Shown here one piece after another: positions 1 through 14,305 of a DNA stretch of 64,000 nucleotides. This DNA comes from Eledone cirrhosa (taxonomy: Eukaryota): positions 39,122,001-39,186,000 of the forward strand of contig OZ024751.1 of assembly GCA_964016885.1 (NCBI GenBank), given 5' to 3'. The notes under the pieces are model-generated. The model saw only the letters and a list, made by a program, of their open reading frames with translations, did no database searches and was not told where the DNA came from. How positions within the stretch are numbered: position 1 is the stretch's first letter; each line of letters begins with the position of its first letter. The translations under genes and the position numbers were made by a program.

Positions 1-181
1 TCCAGACTAGAAAATATGCCTCATACCTATAGGTGTATCAAAGCACCCGGCTTCTCCCTAATGTAGTACTTGGGTAATGCTCAGCCACTTTAATTTCTCC
101 AGTATGCTCTCCCGTTGATTGAATCACCTATAGCACTCGTAGGACGGAAATGACGCAATTACAACAATATTCAGATACACA

Positions 182-217
<36 letters not shown>

Positions 218-1418
218 TTTACGTCCGCTTTTCCTGCTTTCAAGGGTGGCGGGTCCTATTCAGCACAGAATCTCACCACTTGTCACACATAAATACATAT
301 TCACATACATAAACACATACATACATAAGCACACACATACATACGTACACACATAAAAACACATGCACACACATGCACACACAAATATACACTCATATAT
401 ATATACATAAACATCCATACACACATATATATATATATATACGCACACATACACATATATATATATACATACACACACATACACACACACGTACTCACAT
501 ACACACACACATATATAGATACATACATATATAGATACACACACATATATAGATACATACACACACATATACACACACATATACACACATACATATATAC
601 ACATATATACATCCATACACACATTTACACGCACATACACACACATGCATATACACACACACACACATACACACATATACACACATACACACATATACAT
701 ACACATATACACACATATGTACATCCATACAACTATCGACAACACAGTTTTACGCAATATTAATATTGATTACATAACATAGCTTTTTCTGTTTATCTTT
801 TCCCCACTATTTATCAATAATCATGGAAGGTTCTGCTTAAAATTCATGTGAATCTCACAAATTACCTCCAATGCATATTTTATCAGTTTTTTTTTATGAT
901 TTTATGACGATTTTTTGGTTTTAATATTCCAGGTTTTTTTTCTACACTCTAATAATTTTCTTCACAATTTTTTTCATTTTTTCCTTCTGCTTCATTTCCG
1001 TCATAAGATTCTTTTTTTTTTTTATTATTGCTTCTTCCTTCTCCTACTCATTCTCCTTCTTCGCCTTGTCTTCTTCTTCTTTTTCTTTTTCTTCTTCTTC
1101 TTCTTCTTCTTCTTCTTCTTCTCCGTCTTCTTCTTCTTCTTCTTTTCTCCATCTTCTTTTTTTTCTTTTTCTTTTTTTCTTTTTCTTCTTCCTCTTCTTC
1201 TTTTTTTCTTTTTCTTCTTCTTCTTCTTCTTCTTCTTCTTCTTCTTTTCCGTCTTCTTCTTCTTCTTCTCCGTCTTCTTCTTCTTTTTCTCCTTCTTCTT
1301 CTTCACCATCATTCTTATAGCTGTAGTTTCCAGTTCATGTAAAACTAATTAGGTTCCAATGAAAGGAAGGTTTCAGTGATACAAATTGGGAGGTTTCTCC
1401 CTCGTCAGCTTTTCATCC

Positions 1419-1493
<75 letters not shown>

Positions 1494-1581
1494 TTATCTA
1501 TCTGTCTTTCTATCTAACTGTCTATATATCTACCCATCTATCTATCTATCTATCTTTTCTCTATCGCTCTCTCTCTCTCTC

Positions 1582-1669
<88 letters not shown>

Positions 1670-2499
1670 AAAATCCGTGTGTGCGTGTGGATTTATTTAT
1701 TTTATATTAACACTCACGCACGTATACACGCTTATATTTGTATGTATGTATTTATATGGAAACCTACAAACCTGGTGTAGCGGTTCCACAGATTGGAAGT
1801 TGTATGTGTCGAAAATAAATTCCTGTTCTTTATTCTGTATCTATATATATAGCAATATATACCAATAAATAATTATAAATAACTATATATAACTATGTTT
1901 ATATTTTGGTCTATCGAAAAACTCATATCTCTTTTTCTCTCCTTGAATAATTTCCAAGATTCCTTTGGAAAAGTATCGTGAATTTCTCAAAGCATCCAAA
2001 TACTTATGAAGTTGCAGGATGATATGCCTGTTAATTCTGAATTTTGAATGAAAAAAAAATCATAAAGGGGAAGTGAGAAAAAAACACCGAGGGAAATTTA
2101 CAGGAAAAATATATTCTGCTATATATAATAAATGATGGAAGTTATATATATTTTTAAATAATTTTCCATGAGAGTAACTTGCGATTAAATCTAAGAGATA
2201 TATAGTTCTAACGTAAGAAAATTATAGAGATATATTTCAATTCTATCAATCTATGTATATAGGTATTTATATATATATATATATATATATGGCGTGAGGT
2301 ATGTGCGTATGCTTATGTGCGTTCATTTGCGGTAGTTTGAGCGAAATAACTAATAAATCTGTGGATATCAGAAAATTAGAATTTAAGATATATACCAAAA
2401 TATTCTTTGGATATGAATGTAAAGGAATTCTTTCAGTAGATAACAATAATTCATATTGATCGAACACGCGCACATAGAGAGTGGGGGAGAGAGAGAGAG

Positions 2500-2580
<81 letters not shown>

Positions 2581-3405
2581 TCTTTAGAATCACTTAAATT
2601 GATCCTGATATTTGAAAGGTTCATATTTGGGGCAGAAAAAAAATTGCTGCTTGATATATGTTAAATAAAATGTGTGATAGAGCCCTAGAAAGCACTACAG
2701 TGACGATTTCTGGTTTCAACTCAAGCAGACTGTTAGTCTGGTCCTAGTTGCCAAATAACAAGACAATCAATAAGTTAAATGTCGGTAGAATAAAAAGCAA
2801 TTGAACTGAAGAAAAAAATAAAAAGATAACACTGACATGAACAATATTTTACCCAACAATAAAGAATGTATCTAAGAAGGTCTGTCGTAATTTTTAGAGT
2901 TTTCGGTTAAGATCAAGCCGTGAGTTTCATTGCCAGTGGTGTGTTTTTTTCTTGAGCAAGTAACTTTATTACACATTGCTCCAGCTGAGTTATATTTGTC
3001 ATTTAAATGCCCTCAAATGCCATTCACCCTGTCAATGGGAATCTCCTTCTGATCTCTGTTAATGTTGAACGTGTTTGGGAAAGGCTAAGCCATTTGCACG
3101 TTAATTTCACAAGCAAGATATTCCGCTGTTTATTCAACTGGAACATTTGTTGTCTGAACCTACGAAGGGTGAAGAACACGGGGAAAATTTCTTAAATGCG
3201 TTTTCTACAGATAATAATACAAACATGAATTCAAGAGATTTAATCATAATTCATATTTTATATATGTATATATGGACCCGGAAGTGTTGGTGGATTCGTA
3301 GGGGCGCTGTAGCATCTAATGGATTGATAGGGACAATGTTTTAAACTAGCAGGGCCCATCCTCACTCCAGTTTATAACAACATAGATTTCTTATAGAAGA
3401 GAGAT

Positions 3406-3475
<70 letters not shown>

Positions 3476-3555
3476 GAGTGAGAGAGAGAGAGAGAGAAAG
3501 TAAGCGAGAGAGGGAGAATACAGAGAAAGTGGGAAAGACATAAAGGAAGAAGAAA

Positions 3556-3700
3556 CCCAAGTACTGAACTTTTGTTTCGACCACTAAATGATGAATGGCA
3601 AAGTTGACCTCGGCAGTATTTGAACTGCGAGTTCAGAGACCTGGAAATAATACCGCAATGAATTCAACCCACTCTTCTATTAACTCTGCCATTTCACCGC
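3556..3700 (-). mobile_element. Degenerate Meta-like SINE
   Basis: TCGACC..GATGAATGGCAAAGTTGACCTCGGCAGTATTTGAACT..ACTCTGCCATTTCACCGC. Confidence 0.7.
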
Positions 3701-3903
3701 ATAATATTTCATCTTAATTCACAAAAGGGCTCAACAAAATTGTACAAATAATTATACATATTTCGGTACTGCGACATAAGTTTCTAGTAAGGGGTGAAAA
3801 AAAAAACATTGGAAAATAAATCGAACATACAATATTAAATAACATACAAATACACAGCCTCATAAATAATTCTATAAACTCTATAATATATACACTAATA
3901 ATG

Positions 3904-4050
<147 letters not shown>

Positions 4051-4669
4051 GAATATATATATACATGAATATATATGTGTTTGTGTAATATATATAGATA
4101 TACATACATACATTTATGGCTATGTATCTGTGCATATATATGTGTGAGAGAGAAAGTATTGTGTATATATATATATTTTTTTTTTTCATTGCAAACTCTC
4201 ATTTTATTGATAACTTATTTCATGAAAACTACGTTTGATTTTTTTGTTCTTGCTGTTGTTGTTGATGTTAAGTCTTATTGTTTTACTGCTGCTGTAGTTG
4301 TTGTTTAGTACTATAGTTAATGTTTTTGTTATTGCTTTTGTTGATTTTATTGTTGCTGTTGTTGCTGTTATTGTTGTTGTTGTTGTTGGTGGTGTTGTTG
4401 TTGTATAAAAACGTGTTTTTTTTTTCTTCTTTCTACTTTTACTTCTTTCTTTCTCTCTATTTCTTCATCAATGTATTCTTGTTTATCTTTCTTTCTTCTT
4501 TCTCCGCTGTCTTCCTTTTTTTCTTTCTTTCTTTATCTTGTTATTCTTATTTTACATTACTATCCTACCTATTGTTCTTTTATTGTATGTTGTTGTTGTT
4601 GTTGTTGTTGTTGGTCTTCTTCTTCTTCTTCTTCTTCTTCTTCTTCTTCTTCTAATTATCATTATTATT

Positions 4670-5010
4670 GGCAGTATCGGTAGAGCGTCGGACACCCTGC
4701 TTCGCGGTATATAGTTACGATCCTTTTATGTTCTGAGTTCAAATCCAGCCAAGGTTAACTTTGACTTTCATCCTTATGGGGTCGATAAAATAAAGTACCA
4801 GTAATGTACTTGGATCGATTTAATTGACATTCCCTTGCCCCTCTTCCAAAATTGTTGGCCTTGTTCCTAAATCAGATATTTTTATTTGGCAGCATCGGTT
4901 AAATGCAGCCGAGGTTAATTTTGCCTTTCATCCTTACGGGGTCGAGAAAATAAAGTACCAGTAATGTACTGAGTAATTGCTGACCTTGTGCCAAAAGTAG
5001 AAACAATTAT
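4670..5010 (+). mobile_element. Two tandem tRNA-derived SINEs with a Meta-like core (second internally deleted)
   Basis: A box GGCAGTATCGGTAGAGCG, B box GAGTTCAAATCC, core CTTTCATCCTTA(C/T)GGGGTCGATAAAATAAAGTACCAG, tail TTGTGCCAAAAGTAGAAACAATT. Confidence 0.85.
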
Positions 5011-5029
5011 ATGTTATATGTATAGTAGC

Positions 5030-6887
5030 CCTACCAATGATCTGTATATCAATTACTATAGTAGAGGTATGATATATATACTATCCCTACCAGGGATCTA
5101 TATAGTATCCCTACCAGTCCACCATTACTATAGTAGAGGTATGATATATATACTATCCCTACCAGGGATCTATATAGTATCCCTACCAGTCCACCATTGC
5201 TATAGTAGAGGTATGATATATATACTATCCCTACCAATGAACTATATAGTAGCCCTACCAGTCCACCATTGCTATAGTAGAGGTATGATATATATACTAT
5301 CCCTACCAATGAACTATATAGTAGCCCTACCAGTCCACCATTGCTATAGTAGAGGTATGATATATATACTATCCCTACCAATGAACTATATAGTAGCCCT
5401 ACCAGTCCACCATTGCTATAGTAGAGGTATGATATATATACTATCCCTACCAATGAACTATATAGTAGCCCTACCAGTCCACCATTGCTATAGTAGAGGT
5501 ATGATATATATACTATCCCTACCAATGAACTATATAGTAGCCCTACCAGTCCACCATTGCTATAGTAGAGGTATGATATATATACTATCCCTACCAGTCC
5601 ACCATTGCTATAGTAGAGGTATGACATATATACTATCCCTACCAGTGAACTATATACTATCCCTACCAGTCCACCATTGCTATAGTAGAGGTATGATATA
5701 TATACTATCCCTACCAGTCCACCATTGCTATAGTAGAGCTATGATATATATACTATCCCTACCAATGAACTATATAGTATCCCTACCAGTCCACCATTGC
5801 TATAGTAGAGCTATGATATATATACTATCCCTACCAATGAACTATATAGTATCCCTACCAGTCCACCATTGCTATAGTAGAGGTATGATATATATACTAT
5901 CCCTACCAATGAACTATATAGTATCCCTACCAGTCCACCATTGCTATAGTAGAGGTATGATATATATACTATCCCTACCAGTCCACCATTGCTATAGTAG
6001 AGCTATGACATATATACTATCCCTACCAGTGAACTATATACTATCCCTACCAGTCCACCATTGCTATAGTAGAGGTATGATATATATACTATCCCTACCA
6101 GTCCACCATTGCTATAGTAGAGCTATGATATATATACTATCCCTACCAGTCCACCATTGCTATAGTAGAGCTATGATATATATAGTATCCCTACCAGTCC
6201 ACCATTGCTATAGTAGAGCTATGATATATATAGTATCCCTACCAGTCCACCATTGCTATAGTAGAGCTATGATATATATAGTATCCCTACCAGTCCACCA
6301 TTGCTATAGTAGAGCTATGATATATATAGTATCCCTACCAGTCCACCATTGCTATAGTAGAGCTATGATATATATAGTATCCCTACCAGTCCACCATTGC
6401 TATAGTAGAGCTATGATATATATAGTATCCCTACCAGTCCACCATTGCTATAGTAGAGGTATGATATATATAGTATCCCTACCAGTCCACCATTGCTATA
6501 GTAGAGCTATGATATATATAGTATCCCTACCAGTCCACCATTGCTATAGTAGAGGTATGATATATATAGTATCCCTACCAGTCCACCATTGCTATAGTAG
6601 AGCTATGATATATATAGTATCCCTACCAGTCCACCATTGCTATAGTAGAGCTATGATATATATAGTATCCCTACCAGTCCACCATTGCTATAGTAGAGCT
6701 ATGATATATATAGTATCCCTACCAGTCCACCATTGCTATAGTAGAGCTATGATATATATAGTATCCCTACCAGTCCACCATTGCTATAGTAGAGCTATGA
6801 TATATATAGTATCCCTACCAGTCCACCATTGCTATAGTAGAGGTATGATATATATAGTATCCCTACCAGTCCACCATTGCTATAGTA
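5030..6887. repeat. Minisatellite of 48-bp units with optional 24-bp subunit (72-bp units)
   Basis: 48-mer CCCTACCAGTCCACCATTGCTATAGTAGAG(G/C)TATGATATATATA(C/G)TAT and 24-mer CCCTACCAATGAACTATATAGTA(G/T). Confidence 0.97.
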
Positions 6888-7049
6888 TGAGTATGATCAC
6901 CTTAGTGTTAAAGAATTTATATATTCACACTTTAATTGAACGTTTGTTGGACCTGTTCCAGTTCCTAGTTCCATTCCTAATTTTTATAACTCCCTGGCCA
7001 CTTCCATTACAACAAAACACTTTTTATATTTGCTCTTATTTGTTCTAGT

Positions 7050-7074
7050 AGTTCTTGTTGTCGTCGTTGGTGTC

Positions 7075-7105
<31 letters not shown>

Positions 7106-7230
7106 TTGTTGGTGTTGGTGTTGCTGTCGTTGTTGTTGATGTTGTTGTTGTTGTTGGTGTTGCTGTCGTTGTTGTTGATGTTGTTGGTGTTGCTGTCGTC
7201 GTTGTTGTTGTTGGTGTTGGTGTTGCTGTC

Positions 7231-7261
<31 letters not shown>

Positions 7262-8655
7262 GTGTTGCTGTCGTTGTTGTTGATGTTGTGGTTGTTGGTG
7301 TTGCTGTTGTTGTTGTTGATGTTGTTGTTGTTGGTGTTGCTCTCGTTGGTGTTGCTGTTGTTGTTGTTGTTGTTGTTGTTGGCGTTGCTGTTGTTGTTGT
7401 TGTTGTCGTCGTTGTTGTTCTTGTGGTGATGTGTTAGTGTTAGTGATGGTGGTTGTGGTTGTGTTGATGCTGGTATTGGTAATGGTGTTGGTGCAGGTAG
7501 TAGTGGTATTGGTTGTGGTGGTGTTAGTGGAGGTGGTGGTGTTGGTGGTGGTGTTGGTGTTGGTGGTAGTTGTATTGGAGGTGGTGTTAGTGGAGGTGGT
7601 GGTGCTAGTTAGGGTGGTGGAGGTGCTAGTTGTATTGAAGGTGGTGGTGCTGGTTAGGGTGGTGTCGGTGGTAGTTGTATTGAAGGTGGTGTTAGTGGAG
7701 GTGGTGGTGCTGGTTAGGGTGGTGTTGGTGGAGGTGGTAGTTGTATTGGTTGTAGTGATGTTGGTGGTGGTGGAGATGGTAGTTGTATTGGCTGTGGTGT
7801 TGGTGTTGGTGTTGGAGGTGGTGGTGCTGGTTAGGGTGGTGTTGGTGTTAGTGGAGGTGGTGGTGCTGGTTAGGGTGGCGTTGGTGGTAGTTGTATTGAT
7901 GGTGGTGTTAGTGGAGGTGGTGGTGCTGGTTAGGCTGGTGATGGTGGTAGTTGTATTGGAGGTGGTGTTAGTGGGGGTGGTGGTGCTGGTTACGGTGGCG
8001 TTGGTGGTAGTTGTATTGGAGGTGGTGTTAGTGGGGGTGGTGGTGCTGGTTAGGGTGGCGTTGGTGGTAGTTGTATTGATGGTGGTGTTAGTGGAGGTGG
8101 TGGTGCTGGTTAGGCTGGTGATGGTGGTAGTTGTATTGGAGGTGGTGTTAGTGGAGGTGGTGGTGCTGGTTAGGGTGGTGTCGGTGGTAGTTGTATTGGA
8201 GGTGGTGTTAGTGGGGGTGGTGGTGCTGGTTACGGTGGCGTTGGTGGTAGTTGTATTGGAGGTGGTGTTAGTGGGGGTGGTGGTGCTGGTTAGGGTGGCG
8301 TTGGTGGTAGTTGTATTGGAGGTGGTGGGGTTGGTGGAGATGGTAGTTGTATTGGAGGTGGTAGTTGTATTGGTGCTGGTGTTGGTGGAGGTGGTAGTTG
8401 TATTGGAGGTGGTGGGGTTGGTGGAGGTGGTAGTTTTATTGGAGGTGGTGGGGTTGGTGGAGGTGGTAGTTGTATTGGAGGTGCTGGTGTTGGTGGAGGT
8501 GGTAGTTGTATTGGAGGTGCTGGGATTGGTGGAAGTGGTAGGTGTATTGGAGGTGGTGGGGTTGGTGGAGGTGGTAGTTGTATTGGAGGTGGTGGGGTTG
8601 GTGGAGGTGGTAGTTGTATTAGTGCTGGTGTTGGTGGAGGTGATGGTGTTGGTTT
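7050..8655. repeat. (GTT)n grading into (GGT)-derived 60-bp and 36-bp minisatellites
   Basis: 60-bp periodicity at ~7850-8320 and 36-bp periodicity at ~8380-8620. Confidence 0.9.
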
Positions 8656-9362
8656 GTAGTTTACTTTTATTTCTTGTAATATCTCTCATAATTTCACTTG
8701 CCAAAGCCTTTAGTAGGTTTTTTGGGGTGTTTTTTATATCTTATTTCATCTTCATTTTCTTATAATCTTCTTTATTTTTTTGTCTAGTTGTTACAATTTT
8801 TTTATCTTTTATCTCAAGAATTCATTCTTACTTTTATCATTATTTTACTATCTTTTTTTATTTATATATATTATTTATTTACTATAGTTTCTATCATTTA
8901 TTATATTTTTTGTTACGTTTGTTATTATCATCGTCATTATTATTATTATTATTATTATAATTATTATTATTATTATTATTATTATTACTGTTGTTGGTGG
9001 TGGTGTTGTTATTGTGGGTGGTGGTGTTGTTATTATTGTTATTGTTATTATTATTATCATTATTATTAATGTTGTTGGTGTTGTTGATGGTGTTGTTGTT
9101 GTTGCTGCTGTTGTAGTTGTTGTTGGTGTTATTAGTATTATTATTATCTTGTTTATTTTCTCAACGAGGGAGATTGATAAGTTTCCCGTCTGATGCAACT
9201 GTCATATCAATCAAAACCCAGTCATTGGATTTACTGCTTTACAGGCCGTCTTTCTTTGCCAACTATTTCCTTGTTTCATGTTGTTGTTGATACTGATGAT
9301 GGTGATGATTGCTTGTACTTACAATGCTGCTGCTAAAGATGATGATGTTGGTGCTGATGGTG

Positions 9363-9404
<42 letters not shown>

Positions 9405-10543
9405 ATGGTGATGATGGTGATGATGATGGCCTATTCCTAAAAAAGAATGACTAAATTATATTATGTATACAAGAAAGTGTTGTTGTAAATGTTGTTGTTG
9501 GAGTTGTTGCTGGTGTTCTTTTGTTTTGTGTTTCTGTTGATGTTATTATTGTTGTTGTTTGTGGTCTCGTTGATGTTGGTGGTGGTGGTGGTGGTGGTGG
9601 TGGTGGTGGTGGCGGTGGTGGCGGTGGTGTTTTTTATTGTTGCTGGTGGTTTTGTTGTTGTGTGGTTGTTTTATTTTTGGTGTTTTATTTTTCGTTCTCT
9701 TTCTTTTTTTTTTTTTCCTAATCAAATCAACAGCAACAATATCATTATCATCGCAGTAAGAGAAGCGACAAGACCAACACCACCATCACCTTCATCATCA
9801 TTATCATCATCATCATCGCCATCACTATCATCATCACCATCATCATCGCCATCACTATGATCAGCGCCATCAACATCACCATCACTATCATCATCACCAT
9901 CACCATCATCACCATCATCCACCATCATCACTATCATCACTATCATCACCATCATCATGAACATCACTATTATCCTCACTATCGCCATCACCATCACCAA
10001 CATCATCACCATCATCACCATCACCATCATCACCATCATCACCATCATCACTGTCATCACCATCATCATCAACATCACCATCACCATCACCATCATCACT
10101 GTCATCACCATCATCATCAACATCACCATCACCATAACCATCACAATCACCATCACCATTATGAACATTAGCAAGAAACACCAGCACTAACACCATCATA
10201 AAACAACATTGTCATTTACAACAACAACAATAACAACCACAAATGAGACATCACCACCACCACCACCACCACAACAACAACAACTAAGACAAACAACATC
10301 AATAACAACAACATCTCCATTAACAAGTGCAACAATAACGACAACAACATCAACACTAATAACACTAACACAGAAGGTCGACATGAGTGATAACAACAAC
10401 AACAACAACAAAAACAACAACAACAACGACATCAACATCACCATCAACGTCATTGCCATCGCAATCATAACAAACATCAACACCAACATGAACTTTAACA
10501 ATACTAAGAATGACATCACGATCATCATCACCATCACCACCGC

Positions 10544-10580
<37 letters not shown>

Positions 10581-11010
10581 GTCATCATCATGAACATAAT
10601 CATCATGTCTAACATCAACACCATCAACAACAGCAACAGCAATAACAAAAACATCAATCTAATTCTTCATTAACAACAACCACATCACGAACAACAGCAA
10701 CAGCATCAACAACTATAACAACAATAACCATAATACCAACAACAACAACAACCATAATACCAACAACAACAACAGCAACAACAACCATAATACCAACAAC
10801 AACAACAGCAACAACAACCATAATACCAACAACAACAACAGCAACAACAACTATAATAACAACAACAACAACAACAACAACAGCAACAACAACCATAATA
10901 CCAACAACAACAACAGCAACAACAACAACAACAACAGCAACAACAACAGCAACAACAACTATAATACCAACAACAACAACAACAACAACAACAATACCAA
11001 CACCAATACC

Positions 11011-11052
<42 letters not shown>

Positions 11053-11124
11053 ACCAACAACAATACCAACAACAACAACAACTATAATACCACCACCACC
11101 AACAACAGCAACAACAACCACAAT

Positions 11125-11179
<55 letters not shown>

Positions 11180-11387
11180 GCAACAACAACTGTGACATCA
11201 GTGTTAAGAATAAGAGTACAATAGGGTCAGGAAAGTAAGAAATATAAATAACATAAAATAATAATAAATAAATAAATAAAGACAAGACGTCGTGTGATCC
11301 GTTCAAGAGACATCAGTGTCATCATTGTAGCCATGGTGATCAATAACATCACAAACATCGCATATCATCACCATCACCATCATCATC

Positions 11388-11418
<31 letters not shown>

Positions 11419-11806
11419 ATATCAGACTGTAGTCCTAGGTTAGATGCACTTCTTAAAGACATGAGTAATTTCTCTTGCACTTTTCTCTGTTGAAGAATGT
11501 AACACAATTGTTGATTGGTTTCACTGAGTATTGCTGGCCTGGGATTTCTCCTTTATCGTTTTAACACTCACTGCTTATCATTAACTTGTAGACCCCACAC
11601 ACACACAAACACATAAACATATATATATATATATATATAAGTATATATATGTATGTATATATGTATACATGTGTGTATGCATGTATAACAAATTCAGGTG
11701 ATAGGTAAGAGTGTAAGAGCTCTTAAAACCTTAAATGCTTTACAATTGTCTGAATACCTCACTCAGGAAAATACAATGTAGGCCTATATATATATGAATG
11801 TTTGTA

Positions 11807-11868
<62 letters not shown>

Positions 11869-12510
11869 TTATATATGTATATATTCGTATATTTATATAT
11901 ATATGCGTGTCTGTCTGAGTGTGCTTGTCTTCCTTAATATATTTATTATTCATAAAGAATAAGATTTTGATTGCAAAGGGCAAACTGACTCTAATCTGAT
12001 GGCTGTGTCTAGTGGTGTTAATGGCGACGATGTCGGCTTGCTGTGCTGTTAAAAATTCGGATTGGAGATGGCGTTTCGTTTCGTTTCGTTTCATTCCGTT
12101 TCGAAAGGGTGGGAAAAAAAATAATAAATGCAATGCAATGAGAATAGAGAGATGCTGAAAACTATTTGTAGACACTTATCTGGCTGTGTGCCATGTATTG
12201 GTCAGCTGTGATGAGCGGTCAAGAAGGTGACATTGATTGACATTGCAATGGGGCTTGATATGTCAGCCTATTAACAAATGACTGGAAACTGGCCAACTTC
12301 TCGCTGATTTTAGAAGAAATAAAAACTACCAATGTCTCAATGTCTCCATTCCAAAGACACCACACAACACCATATTACACTACACCACACCAGACCACCT
12401 CACACTACACTAGAGCATAGTACACACAGCATAACCACAATAACCCTTCACCAAAGCACAGCATCCCCACCTCATCACAACACACCACACCACCTGTACA
12501 CCACACTACA

Positions 12511-12890
12511 CCACCCCACATCAGAGGACAGCACACCACAACACAGCACACCTCATCAGAACACACCACACCACATCACATCACACTACACCACACTACA
12601 CCACCCCACATCAGAGGACAGCACAGCATAACACAGCACACCTCATCAGAACACACCACACCACATCACATCACACTACACCACCCCATATCAGAGGAGA
12701 GCACAGCACAACACAGCACACCTTATCAGAACACACCACACCACATCACATCACACTACACCACATTACACTACCCCATATCAGAGGACAGCACAGCATA
12801 ACACAGCACACCTCATCAGAACACACCACACCACATCACATCACACTACACCACACTACACCACCCTATATCAGAGGAGAGCACAGCACA
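12511..12890. repeat. ~90-bp minisatellite built on pentamers, ~4.5 copies
   Basis: TCAGAGGA(C/G)AGCAC at 12521, 12611, 12691, 12781 and 12871. Confidence 0.92.
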
Positions 12891-13357
12891 CCTGACAACA
12901 CTACAGTACACCACAGCACAGCACACTACACCACACCACTGTATATTACACCACAACACGTCACATCATACTACACTATACCACACAACACCACACCACT
13001 CCACACTACTTCTTACTATACCACACCACACCGCTCGACACAACTTCATACCATATAAAATATTTTTTAAATGCAAGACTAAAGAATATGGACTTAAAAT
13101 GTAATTTGCCGAAGGGGTTATTGTTGCAGCAGTGTTTTTGTTTCATGTGGTGCTGTGGTGGAGGGGTGCTGTGGTGTGCTGTTGCTGCTAGTAACACTGC
13201 TGCTGTTGGTGCTGGTGGTGTTGTAGGTTCTGTTGGTGATTTTGGTGGTGACAAATTTTCTAGTAATTCAATTCTGGGATCATCTTCAGATACTATTGTT
13301 AAATTACCCGTAACCCTAACATTGCGTATACAAATTACATATATATATATATATATA

Positions 13358-13413
<56 letters not shown>

Positions 13414-13669
13414 TATATATATATATATACATATGCATGTATATATATATATATACATATATACATATGTATGCATGTATATATATATATATATATAATA
13501 TTATTGTACAGCTCATCACGTCTTCACCACACAACTGCTATACTAGAAGCTAGATTCCCATATGAGAAAGGAAATGTGAGTAAATATTTGGTATATCAAA
13601 ATTGATTTCTTTAAAAAGAGACATTATATTCAACGAGGTCTATGGTAGTTTAACTGGTTGTGTCTTCTC

Positions 13670-13852
13670 TTAAAGCTGCACGAATTGCCTCGTTGATTTT
13701 TCTAGCAATATGTGATTTCCTCCCTGTAAAACAGCAATAAACGTTTTGATGTGGTTGACTTTCATGCGCTCTCGTTTGATGGAGTTTCCCAGCTTTCGAT
13801 GTTCATGCAGAATGATCTTTATGGAGCGTAGAGCATTCCAAATGTATATCAA
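13670..13852 (-). pseudogene. Possible decayed mariner transposase fragment
   Basis: SIKIILHEHRKLG resembles the mariner N-terminal HTH-linker region; heavily degenerate. Confidence 0.35.
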
Positions 13853-14059
13853 TGTAATTCTTTAGTTCTTAGGGCAGATTGTACCCTTATGACACATTTT
13901 TAGTGTCCCTCTCTATTTGTATTAGATTAATAAAGATCGATATTGCTGCCAACAACACTCTTAATTGTCGTTGTTAGTGTTACAGTTTAGCCCTTGTATG
14001 TCTGTGATCAATCAAGCCTATGATAAAGGGTATTTCTTCTTTCCGTTAATATCATGTAT

Positions 14060-14305
14060 GAAAGCACGTGGTTTAGTGGTTAAGGTGTTTTGTTCACGAT
14101 CGTAGATTTTGTGAGTTCCAATTGCGCCTTTGGTCAATACACCTTATTTCATGTTGCCCTAGACAACTCACCTGACAAAACTTAGTTGTATTTGTAATTC
14201 AAATGGCCAGTTTTATTACACAAAATGTCATGCTGAATCTCCCTGAGGATAAAGTTAAGGAGATCTGTGTCTATGAATTCTTGCTTGTTACTTTCAAGCG
14301 TAGAT
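14060..14305 (+). mobile_element. Degenerate tRNA-derived SINE (OK/OR-like)
   Basis: GCACGTGGTTTAGTGGTTAAGGTG..GTGAGTTCCAATT..ACCTTATTTCATGTTGC. A related decayed copy lies at ~2900-3120. Confidence 0.65.

Noticed and set aside
5030-6887. CRISPR-like regular repeat
   Set aside because: No unique spacers, no cas genes, eukaryotic context. The same applies to the arrays at 29725 and 48397.
4988-7048. 686-aa ORF
   Set aside because: Translation of a 48/72-bp minisatellite; starts inside a SINE tail.
7007-8704. 565-aa Thr/Gln-rich mucin-like ORF
   Set aside because: Made entirely of (ACC)/(AAC)-derived repeats that lack stops by composition; the opposite strand is also open; no signal peptide or domain.
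13255-13295. CTGAAGA...GAAA on the minus strand
   Set aside because: No convincing stem I or stem II; chance match. The CTGATGA hits in the 12511-12890 repeat and at ~9293 were rejected likewise.
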